Shown one piece after another: positions 1 through 8,209 of a stretch of DNA of 64,000 nucleotides. The position numbers were made by a program, and so were the translations under genes. The notes under the pieces were generated by a model. It searched no databases and had not been told where the DNA came from. It saw only the letters and a program-made list of their open reading frames with translations. Every line of letters begins with the position of its first letter. Position 1 is the first letter of the stretch. The DNA is from Candidatus Kuenenia stuttgartensis (GTDB lineage: Bacteria > Planctomycetota > Planctomycetia > Pirellulales > UBA1268): NCBI GenBank assembly GCA_945877135.1, contig CAMCQY010000003.1, positions 6,506 to 70,505 of the forward strand, given 5' to 3'.

Positions 1-1277
1 GCCTTGGTCTGCAGCGTGGCAAGCGGCCCCTTCATCGCGCCCGAGTACGGCTGGAACACGACCGTGTTCGTCACGTATTCGAGCATTTCGAGCGGCATGT
101 AATAGAGACGGGCCGCGAGATCGGCGATGCTCGTCGCCACCTCGGGCCGGTCGGGAGCGACATCGACGTCGATCGCCCTGCCCTTGAGCGATGCCAGCGC
201 TGTCCGCGGGCTGCCGGTGAGCAACGGATTGCCGTGCACGAGGAGCGTCGCCAGCCTGGGCAGCTGCGCGACGCCCGCGGGCACCGTCGCGATCGAGTTG
301 GACCGCACGTCGAGCCTCGTCAGCCCGGCGAGCGCGGGAAGCGTGGCGAGGGCGGCGTCGGTGAGTCCGACATGCACCACCGACAACGACGTGAGGCTGG
401 TGAGGCCGGTCAGCGGCTGGAGCGACGCGAGGCCCTGCGGCACGACGGCATGGTCTCCCGGAACCAGTTCAAGCGACTGAAGCGACGCGAGATTCGCGAT
501 GCCGGTGAGATCGCCTACGGTATTTCCATCCACGGTGAGCGACGTGAGTGGCGGCGACTGGGCGAGCACCGCCGGCGTGAGCCACGTATCGCGGTCGAGT
601 GCCAACGACTCGCGGACGGCTGCGGCCAATTCGGGGTCGTAGAACATCACCCCTTGCACGTCGCCGCTCACGCGTCTCACGTGGCTCTGAATCGTGCCAC
701 GGACATCAAGCAGCCCGGCCGACACAAGGGTCTCGCCCGTGTAGGTATTGAGGGGAGCGCCCAGCGTGAGCGAGGCGGCCCCCGCCTTGGCGACGCCTCC
801 GCCGCCCGCGATCGGCGTGTCGAACCGGGCAGCAACGACCGTGGTGAACGTCGTGCCCGTGGCCTGCGTCGAGAAGGTGCCGCCTGTCACGGTGGAGGCG
901 CCGCCGCGAAACTCGATCGCGCGGCCGCTGACGACACCCGAGATGGTGACGGTTCCACCGGCAGGGCCGGCGAAGACGGCGGTATCGCCCCGGCTACTGT
1001 TCCAGCTGACGTAGCCGCCGGTGCCGCCACTGAGCGACGGGTCGAACCAGACCGCAGCTCCCCCTTCGGTCCACGTGCCAGATCCTCCGAGCCCCGCGCC
1101 GGTCGTGACGACGTTGTTCTTCGCCACGAGATCGGGATCCCAGTAGAGGACCGCCAGGAGTCGCCGCTCCTCCAGTCGCTCTATCCCGCCGAGGGGCGCA
1201 GATGCCTTCGCGAGCGAACGCGATTCTCTTCGAGCCACGTTCCGGGAACGCAAGCCACGGCGACCACTCGAGGCCAT
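1..1277 (-). CDS. Secreted repeat protein, 3'-truncated by the window edge (N-terminal LEERRLL motif, beta-strand repeats, leucine-rich repeats)
   Basis: The minus-strand frame is open to the left edge, so it is absent from the ORF track. ATG at 1277. Hand translation gives MASSGRRGLRSRNVARR..IERLEERRLLAV, then G/T-rich segments (GGTVTISGVVSG, LTLGAPLNTYTGETLVSAG), then LRR-like units (LTSLTVDGN, LQSLELV, LTRLDVRSNSI, LATLLVHGNPL). Confidence 0.7.
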   Translation of the reverse strand, partial: MASSGRRGLRSRNVARRESRSLAKASAPLGGIERLEERRLLAVLYWDPDLVAKNNVVTTGAGLGGSGTWTEGGAAVWFDPSLSGGTGGYVSWNSSRGDTAVFAGPAGGTVTISGVVSGRAIEFRGGASTVTGGTFSTQATGTTFTTVVAARFDTPIAGGGGVAKAGAASLTLGAPLNTYTGETLVSAGLLDVRGTIQSHVRRVSGDVQGVMFYDPELAAAVRESLALDRDTWLTPAVLAQSPPLTSLTVDGNTVGDLTGIANLASLQSLELVPGDHAVVPQGLASLQPLTGLTSLTSLSVVHVGLTDAALATLPALAGLTRLDVRSNSIATVPAGVAQLPRLATLLVHGNPLLTGSPRTALASLKGRAIDVDVAPDRPEVATSIADLAARLYYMPLEMLEYVTNTVVFQPYSGAMKGPLATLQTK

Positions 1278-1435
1278 GAGAACCTCCGCGTCTTTTTGAG
1301 TGCCGAATGACGGAGCGAGCGATTTCTCGGGGGGGCGACCCCCGCGCTCGGGCGATCTCTTAAAAAACGGAGGCCAGCCGGGTCAATGCCATTTCAAAAC
1401 GGGAATACGCCCCACCACGGCCCCGCCTCTCCAAC

Positions 1436-1465
1436 CAAGCCCGCAGCGCAAGCACGGAAATACGG
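1436..1465. repeat. Single copy of the dispersed CAAGCCCGCAGCGCAAGC repeat family
   Basis: caagcccgcagcgcaagcacggaaatacgg matches the core of the copies at 6506, 12128, 55756-55905 and 60034-60321. It lies in a divergent intergenic region. Confidence 0.6.
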
Positions 1466-1531
1466 ATCGCCCGAACGTCGCGTGTCGCCTCCTGCTGCAC
1501 GGATGGCTTTTCCCACATCCAGATAGAATGG

Positions 1532-3130
1532 GTGGACCTCGCGCGGCCAGGCCGCCTCACTGGCACCCACCCCATGCATGCACCTTCAGGCACCCACGAC
1601 GCTTCCGATCCGCGGCACTGGATCGCTCGCCGCTGGTTCACGGCGTCGGGGGCTCTCGTCGCTGAACTCCCCGCAGATGCCGAACCGTTCGCCATCTTCG
1701 AGCGGCTAGCGCGGCAGCGTCACTGCCTGTTTCTCTACAGCGCGGTCCTCGACGGTGCCAGCCACGCCGCTCCCAGCCCCGACCAGGCGTCCACCGAGGG
1801 CCAGGTGACGCCCCGCCTCGGCCGCTTCTCATACATCGCCGCCGATCCGATCCATTCCCTCCACGTGGAAGCGGCAAACGACGGCCTTGCTGCGGAGCGT
1901 GTCAACGAGGCTTTCGCACGGCTGCGGTCGCTGCTGGCCGACCTCGCCTGCGCGACGATTCCCGGCCTGCCACCATTCCAAGGCGGCGTCGCGGGACTCG
2001 TGTCGTATGACTGCGGCCTCGCGCGACTGGGGCTCGAGTCCGCCGGCAGCAGCGATGTGCCGCTGCTTTCGCTGCATATCTACGACCTGGTCTTCGCGTT
2101 CGACCACGATGCCCGCCGTGGCTGGATCATCTCGCAGGGCGTGCCCGCGAAGGGACCGACCGCCCGACGTGCACGGGCAACAGAACGACTAGAAGGATTG
2201 CTCACGGCACTCGCCGCGCCCGTCTCGGCAGGCCACTCGCCCACCATGCCGGGCCACGGAGAGATCGTCTCGACTCAGTCGCGGGCGACCCACCTCGAGA
2301 TGGTGCAGGCCGGCATCGAACTGGTCCGTGCCGGCGACATCTTTCAGGTCAACCTCGCGCAGCAGTTCTCCCTTGCCGCGACGATCGATCCGGTGGAACT
2401 CCACCGCCGCAGCCGCACCTTGAATCCCGCTCCATTCGCGGCGTTCTTCGATGCCGGCACCGCCACCATCGTGAGCATGTCGCCCGAGCGTCTGCTTCAG
2501 GTCGAACGCGGCACCGTGCGGATGCACCCGATCAAAGGCACCCGCCGCATCCTCGCGAGCCCCGAAGCCGATCTCTACGCCGGCAAAGAACTCGGCGAGA
2601 GCGAAAAGGACAGGGCCGAGAACGTGATGATCGTGGACCTCGTGCGGAACGATCTCTCCCGTGTCTGCACGCCGGAGAGCGTCCGCGTGGAGGCGCTCTG
2701 CCGACTGGAGCGGTATCGCTACGTCCAGCATCTTGTGTCGATCGTGGCCGGCCGGCTGCGGCCCGGACTCAACTCCCTCGACGCTCTCGACGCCGCCATC
2801 CCCGGCGGCAGCGTGACCGGCGCGCCCAAACATCGCGCCTGCCAGATCATCGGTCAACTGGAGGGGTTCACGCGCGGGGCGTACTGCGGCTCGCTCGGCT
2901 TCATCGGCTTTGATGGCTCAGCCGACTGGAACCTGCTGATCCGCACGTTCGTGGTCGCCCCCGATTCGATCAGCTTCGCCGTCGGCGGCGGCATCACCGC
3001 GCGGAGCGACCCCGCCGCCGAATATGCGGAGACATTTCACAAGGCAGAGGGGATGCTCCGCGTGCTCGCCTCGTTTGGCATCGACACCGCGTCGGCTGCC
3101 GCGGGCAAACCGGCGGAGGCCGCCCGATGA
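1532..3130 (+). CDS. pabB: Aminodeoxychorismate synthase component I (chorismate-binding enzyme)
   Basis: Motifs seen: VNLAQQF, ERLLQV, HPIKGTRR (Lys as in the PabB PIKGT motif, versus PIAGT in TrpE), ENVMIVDLVRNDLSRV, GGSVTGAPK, RGAYCGSLG. The stop overlaps the next start (ATGA at 3127-3130). The exact start is uncertain; an alternative Met lies at 1574. Confidence 0.85.
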   Translation: MDLARPGRLTGTHPMHAPSGTHDASDPRHWIARRWFTASGALVAELPADAEPFAIFERLARQRHCLFLYSAVLDGASHAAPSPDQASTEGQVTPRLGRFSYIAADPIHSLHVEAANDGLAAERVNEAFARLRSLLADLACATIPGLPPFQGGVAGLVSYDCGLARLGLESAGSSDVPLLSLHIYDLVFAFDHDARRGWIISQGVPAKGPTARRARATERLEGLLTALAAPVSAGHSPTMPGHGEIVSTQSRATHLEMVQAGIELVRAGDIFQVNLAQQFSLAATIDPVELHRRSRTLNPAPFAAFFDAGTATIVSMSPERLLQVERGTVRMHPIKGTRRILASPEADLYAGKELGESEKDRAENVMIVDLVRNDLSRVCTPESVRVEALCRLERYRYVQHLVSIVAGRLRPGLNSLDALDAAIPGGSVTGAPKHRACQIIGQLEGFTRGAYCGSLGFIGFDGSADWNLLIRTFVVAPDSISFAVGGGITARSDPAAEYAETFHKAEGMLRVLASFGIDTASAAAGKPAEAAR

Positions 3131-3804
3131 TTGTCGTTCTCGACAACCGCGACAGCTTTGTCTTCAACCTCGCCCGCCACTTTCACCTGCTCGGCGCGGC
3201 CGCGGTGGTGGTGCCGAGCCACGCGATCGACACCGCTGGTCTGATGCGACTCAAGCCGCAGGCGGTCGTGATCTCCCCCGGCCCCTGCACTCCGGCAGAG
3301 GCGGGCTGCTCCGTGGCCGCGATTGCCGCCTGCAGGGGCCGCGTGCCGGTGCTTGGAGTCTGCCTTGGGCATCAGGCGATCGCGGCGGCACTCGGCGGAC
3401 AGATCGTGCGGGCGCGAGAGCCCGTGCATGGCCGCACGAGCGGCGTGCACCACGACGGCATCAATCTCTTCGCGGGCATCCCTAGCCCGATGACCGCCTG
3501 CCGCTATCACTCGCTCGTCGTTGCCGGAGACAGACTCCCGGCGGGGCTCACGGTGACCGCCCGGGACGACGAGGGCACGATCATGGCGATCGCCCACGAG
3601 GCCGACCGGCTCTACGGCGTGCAGTTCCACCCGGAGTCGATCCTCACGCGGCACGGCTTCCGACTCTTGGCGAATTTCCTTGTCGCCGCTGGGATTCCCC
3701 ACCACGCCGATCGCGTGGCCGACCTCGACGCGAACGTGGAAGAGCAGGCCGTCGCCCGTCCAGAACGCCGCCACGACGACGACACCAGAGTCGTAACGTT
3801 TTGA
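3127..3804 (+). CDS. pabA: Glutamine amidotransferase component II (PabA/TrpG type) with a roughly 40-aa C-terminal extension
   Basis: Motifs seen: MIVVLDNRDSFVFNL, VISPGPCTP, LGVCLGHQAI (catalytic Cys), YGVQFHPES (catalytic His/Glu). Translationally coupled to pabB. Confidence 0.85.
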   Translation: MIVVLDNRDSFVFNLARHFHLLGAAAVVVPSHAIDTAGLMRLKPQAVVISPGPCTPAEAGCSVAAIAACRGRVPVLGVCLGHQAIAAALGGQIVRAREPVHGRTSGVHHDGINLFAGIPSPMTACRYHSLVVAGDRLPAGLTVTARDDEGTIMAIAHEADRLYGVQFHPESILTRHGFRLLANFLVAAGIPHHADRVADLDANVEEQAVARPERRHDDDTRVVTF

Positions 3805-3972
3805 CGAGGTTGTTGACGCCTCGATGCATCCGTGAGGGGCTGCCCATGTCCCGTGAGCCGGCGTTGCTGACCAGCGTAGGCAGGATGCCGGAGCGCAGTC
3901 AGCATCGAGTGAGCGAAGGGCAGGATTCCAGTAGCGAACGTCCGGCGACGGGGCATGGGCAGCCCCGAACCG

Positions 3973-4728
3973 TCACGCCGGCCGGAAGCCGCCGTTGACG
4001 GGGAGCACCTGCCCCGTGACAAACGCCGCCTGCGGCGAGACGAGCCAGTGCACCGCGCCAGCGATGTCGGCCGGCGTGCCCCAACGGCCGAGCATGCTCT
4101 CGCGAATCGCCCGCGCCTGCCAAACGTCGCTTGCCCCCTCGCCCCACGACGTGCGAATCCAGCCGGGCGCGACACAGTTGACCCGCACCTGCGGTGCCAG
4201 CGACTTCGCGAGACTCTTGGTGAAGGCCATCACCGCCCCCTTCGTGGCTGCGAACAGTTCGCCGCTATCCCCTTCCATGCCGGTGGCCGCCTGATCCCAG
4301 CCGATCGTCACGATTGAGCCCCCCTCGCGGTCCCGCATCCATCTGCCGATGCCCCGCGCGAGGAGCATCGTGGAGGCAACGTCCACACGCAGGAGCTGAT
4401 CGAGCTTCTGCTCGAAGCTCCACTTCGCCGGCGGCCCGGTGAGCACGTCGACCCCGGCCACGAGCACCAGCGTGTCGATGTTCGGCAGCCGTAGGGCGAC
4501 TTCGGCGATCAGCTGCTCGACGGCAGCTACTTCGGCAAGATCGGCAAGGAACGTGCCGGCATGGCGATTATCCCGGGCCAGTACCGCGGCCAGTTCGTCA
4601 GCTGCGTCTCGCGAGCGGCCATGCACGGCCACCGTGGCCCCCGCCGCCGCCAACGTCACTGCCACCTCGCGGCCGATGCCGTGGGTCGAACCGGTGACGA
4701 GCGCTGTGCGTCCAGCCAGTTCGGTCAC
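3973..4728 (-). CDS. Short-chain dehydrogenase/reductase family protein (FabG-like fold; catalytic Tyr position is Phe)
   Basis: Carries TALVTGSTHGIGREVA (TGxxxGIG) and LVLVAGV. The expected YxxxK reads FAATK. A 4-nt overlap with the upstream PQQ-propeller gene (4725-4728) suggests an operon. Confidence 0.8.
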   Translation of the reverse strand: MTELAGRTALVTGSTHGIGREVAVTLAAAGATVAVHGRSRDAADELAAVLARDNRHAGTFLADLAEVAAVEQLIAEVALRLPNIDTLVLVAGVDVLTGPPAKWSFEQKLDQLLRVDVASTMLLARGIGRWMRDREGGSIVTIGWDQAATGMEGDSGELFAATKGAVMAFTKSLAKSLAPQVRVNCVAPGWIRTSWGEGASDVWQARAIRESMLGRWGTPADIAGAVHWLVSPQAAFVTGQVLPVNGGFRPA

Positions 4729-6473
4729 GGCGTCGTTCCCGTGGCAGTCGCGGCCGGCACATCAGGCTCGCTCGCCTTCCTCGCGACAGGCAGCTCATAA
4801 GCGGCAGCCTCTTCCGCATTCCGCACGAGCAGCCGGCTGCCCGAGAGGCAGAGGTTGTTCCAGGTCTGGCCGTCGATCGCGGCCAGACGGCCCCGCACGA
4901 CATGCTTCTCGGGCGACGCGTCGACGAGCACCACTTCGCCCGGCTCCGCCTGGACGAGCAACAGCGACCCGACGCGGAGCAGCTGTCCCTGGCCATAGCG
5001 ACCGGCCTTCCAACGCCGCGTGCCATCGTCAAGCCGCACGCATTCCAGAATGCCATCGGAGAGGCCGTATGCATGCCCCTCGTGGATGGCGACATTCGTG
5101 AACTTCGTCTTCATCAGGCCGGCATTCCGCCAGACCTCGCGGAGTGTCCAGGGCTCGACGTCGCTCTTCTCGATCTCGAAGACCGCCGCCCCGATGCCGT
5201 AGCCCTTCGACAGAAAGAGCCGACGATCGCCGACCGGCACCGCCTGCGAGCAGCTGGCATCGGAATTGGAGTGGCCCGGCCAGGGATGCTCAAAGATCTC
5301 ATGCCCGTCGGCCACGTCGTACCCCGCCACGTGCCCCTCGTTGACACAAAGGATCAGCTCGCGGCCACCAAACGCGACCACCTGCGGCGACACATAGCTG
5401 ATCTGCTCATCGCCGGTGATCCAACGACGATCTCCCGTCACGCGGTCGAAGGCCACGAGCGAGAGGAACTCCGGATCTTGGGCCGATCGCCGCGTCCGCG
5501 GGCCGCCAGCGGGCGCGATCACGAGATCGGCAGTGACCAGCGGCGAGCCCGCCCGGCCCCAGGCCACCATCGCAGCATGGGCCACGGGATCGATGCCCAA
5601 CTCGTCGAGCACGTTCTTCTTCCAGAGCACGTTGCCGGTCGCTCCGTCGATCGCGTGAAGCCAGCCGGTTGCGCCGTGGGAATAGACGACCCCGTCACGA
5701 ATCGTCGGAGTGGACCGCGGCCCGACACCGCCGAGCACCGTCTCATGCCGTCCCTTCACAGCGACCGTCCACTCAGGCGTACCGGTGGTCACAGACCAGC
5801 ACGACACGATCTCGTCATCGCCGCGCTGCTCGAGCGTCACCGCATGATCGCCGTAAGTGGCAAAGCCGCTCCAGCCGGCGCCGATCGGCCGCCTCCAAAG
5901 CTGCCGCGGCGGCCGCGCGAGCCAGTCGGGATCGAGCGTGGGAGCATCGACGCCACCGCTCCCAGTCGGTCCGAGGAATCTTGGAAAATCGCCGGCCGTT
6001 GCCTGCCAGGGTGCGGCTGCGACGGCCTCGCCCTGCGGCGTAGGCGGCCCACCCCGATGCTGCGGCAGCAGTCGGTCGCGGGAAGGACTCCAGCGAAAAG
6101 CGAACTCGGGCACGAGATCCCCCGACACCCGCTCGATCCGCAGCACCGCAGCACCGAGCGCTACCGCACCGAGCAGGCAGCCGAGCACGGCCCGCTTCAC
6201 CGTCGGTGCATAGCCGCTTTCGCGAAGAAACCAGACCACCAGCGACATCAGCGCTGAGAAGCAGAGGATCAGCGAGATGATGTTCCGCACGGCCTGATCG
6301 ACGACGGCCCCCACGATTGGCTCGAGCCAGCCGCCCTGGACGAGCGCCACCGCCGTGAGCAACGAGGCGACCCCAATCCACACGCGACGGGGCGGCGTGA
6401 GCGGCCGCGGACCGGCGGGACTTCCCGCCGCAGGTACGGACTCAAGGGCACGATCGTTTCGCTTGGTCTTCAT
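4725..6473 (-). CDS. Membrane-anchored PQQ-like beta-propeller repeat protein
   Basis: The N-terminus has about 3 hydrophobic helices (VASLLTAVALV, IISLILCFSALMSLVVWF, LGCLLGAVALGAAVL). Repeated propeller-like units follow (GVVYSHGATGWLHAIDGATGNVLWK, VAGYDVADGHEIFE, LECVRLDDGTRRWK). Confidence 0.8.
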   Translation of the reverse strand: MKTKRNDRALESVPAAGSPAGPRPLTPPRRVWIGVASLLTAVALVQGGWLEPIVGAVVDQAVRNIISLILCFSALMSLVVWFLRESGYAPTVKRAVLGCLLGAVALGAAVLRIERVSGDLVPEFAFRWSPSRDRLLPQHRGGPPTPQGEAVAAAPWQATAGDFPRFLGPTGSGGVDAPTLDPDWLARPPRQLWRRPIGAGWSGFATYGDHAVTLEQRGDDEIVSCWSVTTGTPEWTVAVKGRHETVLGGVGPRSTPTIRDGVVYSHGATGWLHAIDGATGNVLWKKNVLDELGIDPVAHAAMVAWGRAGSPLVTADLVIAPAGGPRTRRSAQDPEFLSLVAFDRVTGDRRWITGDEQISYVSPQVVAFGGRELILCVNEGHVAGYDVADGHEIFEHPWPGHSNSDASCSQAVPVGDRRLFLSKGYGIGAAVFEIEKSDVEPWTLREVWRNAGLMKTKFTNVAIHEGHAYGLSDGILECVRLDDGTRRWKAGRYGQGQLLRVGSLLLVQAEPGEVVLVDASPEKHVVRGRLAAIDGQTWNNLCLSGSRLLVRNAEEAAAYELPVARKASEPDVPAATATGTTP

Positions 6474-6505
6474 GGGCGATGAGTGTACTGATCAGGGCGG
6501 TTTTC

Positions 6506-6597
6506 CATGCAAGCCCGAAGCGCAAGCGAGAGGAATCCGCGTTCCGTCGCCTCTGGAGCCACCCGCATTCCCTTGCTTGCGCTGCAGGCTTGGATGG
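6506..6597. repeat. Inverted pair of the dispersed repeat (REP/BIME-like)
   Basis: catgcaagcccgaagcgcaagcgagaggaatccgcg (6506-6541) and, about 22 nt later, cgcattcccttgcttgcgctgcaggcttggatgg (6564-6597). These are near reverse complements and could form a long hairpin. Confidence 0.8.
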
Positions 6598-6832
6598 AAG
6601 GGGAGCCGGGATGAAGGGGGAGCCGGGATCGGCGAAGGTGGAGGAGACGAGGAGGATGTCCGACTTGTTGTGCGTGCCATTCCAACCGGGGTGACAAGTC
6701 GGAATCTCCGAGCGACGGAACCTTTGCCGTCCCGGCGGTGCGACGCCATTTGACGCCACCGCGGTGTGTTCCTTGTCGGTCTCCCGAGGCTCAACTAGAC
6801 TCAACTCCACCTTTTTTCCCGTAGGATTCGGC

Positions 6833-8044
6833 ATGCTCACCCCCGACGTCACCGGCTCAGCCGCACCCGCCCTCGGCCCTTCCACGACGGCCGTGCACGC
6901 CGGCGAGGCCCGGCAGAAGCCGGGCTTCTCGATCACCGACCCGATCTTCGCGTCGAGCACCTACACCTTCCGCGACACGCAGTCGATCATCGACTTCATC
7001 GAGGAAAAGCAGCCCCGCGAGGAGTACGGTCGCTATGGCAATCCCAGCGAGCGGGTCGTCGAAGACAAACTGGCAGCGATCGAGGGGGGTGAGGCAGCCG
7101 TGCTCTACTCCAGCGGCATGGCGGCATTGGTCGGCCTACTGATGGCCCATCTGAATGCCGGCGAGGAGATTATCTTCTTCGACGAGTGCTACCACCGCAG
7201 CCGGGAGTTCTGCCGCAAGCATCTCACCCGATTTGGCGTGGTATTCCGCGAAGTGCCGACCTGCGACTACGCGGCGATGGAGGCGGCGATCACGCCCCGG
7301 ACCAAGTTCATCGTCAGCGAATCCCCCACCAATCCGCATCTGAGCGTCGTAGACATCGCGCGGTTCGCCGACATCGGCCGCCGCCACGGCGTGCTCTCGC
7401 TCATCGATGCCACGCTCTGCACGCCCTACAACCTGCGGCCCCTGGAACTGGGCGTGGACTTCGTGCTGCACTCAGCGACGAAATATCTCGGCGGGCACAA
7501 CGACCTACTGGCGGGCGTTGTCATCGGTGGGCAGGAGAAGCTGGAGCCTGTTCGCCACCTCCGCGGCATCATGGGTGGCGTAAACTCCCCCCACAACGCC
7601 TATCTTCTCGAGCGTGGCCTCAAGACGCTCGCCCTGCGGATGGAACGGCACAACACCAACGGTCTGGCGGTGGCCCGCTTCTTGGAAGGGCATCCGCGGG
7701 TGGAGCGGGTGCTCTATCCCGGCCTCGAGAGCCATCCGTATCACGCCCTGGCCGCCCGGACGATGCGGGGCTTCGGCGGTCTGGTGACCTTTTTCGTGAA
7801 AAACGCCGACTGGCGGCAGACGGCACGAGTGATCGATGCCGTGAAAATCCCACGGATCGGCCCCAGCCTGGGCGGTGTGGAATCGCTCATCGAGCAGCCG
7901 CTGGTGATGAGCTACTGGAACTATTCGCCGGCCGAACGGGCGACGTTCCGCATCTCTGACAACATGATTCGTCTCGCCTGTGGCATCGAAGACTCGGCCG
8001 ACCTGATCGCCGACCTCTCCGCCGCGCTCGACTGCGCAAGCTAG
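6833..8044 (+). CDS. Cys/Met-metabolism PLP-dependent enzyme (cystathionine gamma-synthase / beta-lyase family)
   Basis: Motifs seen: YTFRDTQ, YGRYGNPS, LYSSGMAA, SPTNP, and SATKYLGGHNDLLAGVV (PLP lysine motif). The ATG at 6833 is chosen over the upstream 6764 start, which runs back toward the repeat region. Confidence 0.85.
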   Translation: MLTPDVTGSAAPALGPSTTAVHAGEARQKPGFSITDPIFASSTYTFRDTQSIIDFIEEKQPREEYGRYGNPSERVVEDKLAAIEGGEAAVLYSSGMAALVGLLMAHLNAGEEIIFFDECYHRSREFCRKHLTRFGVVFREVPTCDYAAMEAAITPRTKFIVSESPTNPHLSVVDIARFADIGRRHGVLSLIDATLCTPYNLRPLELGVDFVLHSATKYLGGHNDLLAGVVIGGQEKLEPVRHLRGIMGGVNSPHNAYLLERGLKTLALRMERHNTNGLAVARFLEGHPRVERVLYPGLESHPYHALAARTMRGFGGLVTFFVKNADWRQTARVIDAVKIPRIGPSLGGVESLIEQPLVMSYWNYSPAERATFRISDNMIRLACGIEDSADLIADLSAALDCAS

Positions 8045-8209
8045 AACTCGACTGCGCAAGCTACAGATAGGCTGCGCAAGCTGGGAAAAGCCTGCTGGTC
8101 GCGTCGATTTTGGCGGAAGTTTTGGTTGTGTGGATGACGATACCTATTCCGATTACCGAATAGCGGCCGGGCCATTCCCGCCGTATCGCCGGATCGGAAG
8201 GAGTCTGTC

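Noticed and set aside
234-1310. Plus-strand ORF of 358 aa
   Set aside because: It is antisense to the edge-truncated LRR/beta-repeat gene, whose translation shows clear repeat architecture and a signal-like N-terminus. The plus frame is Arg/Gly/Glu-rich noise.
6598-6832. Riboswitch (for example SAM) upstream of the Cys/Met PLP enzyme
   Set aside because: I could not recognise conserved riboswitch cores by eye, and much of the leader is occupied by the dispersed repeat. This needs an Rfam scan before any claim.
6442-6960. ORFs across the repeat regions (6442-6960, 60021-60377, 55510-56004) giving peptides such as HSLACAAGL and FKPAAQARDP
   Set aside because: Their sequence is simply the dispersed repeat translated. 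The same peptides recur wherever the repeat occurs, in either orientation.
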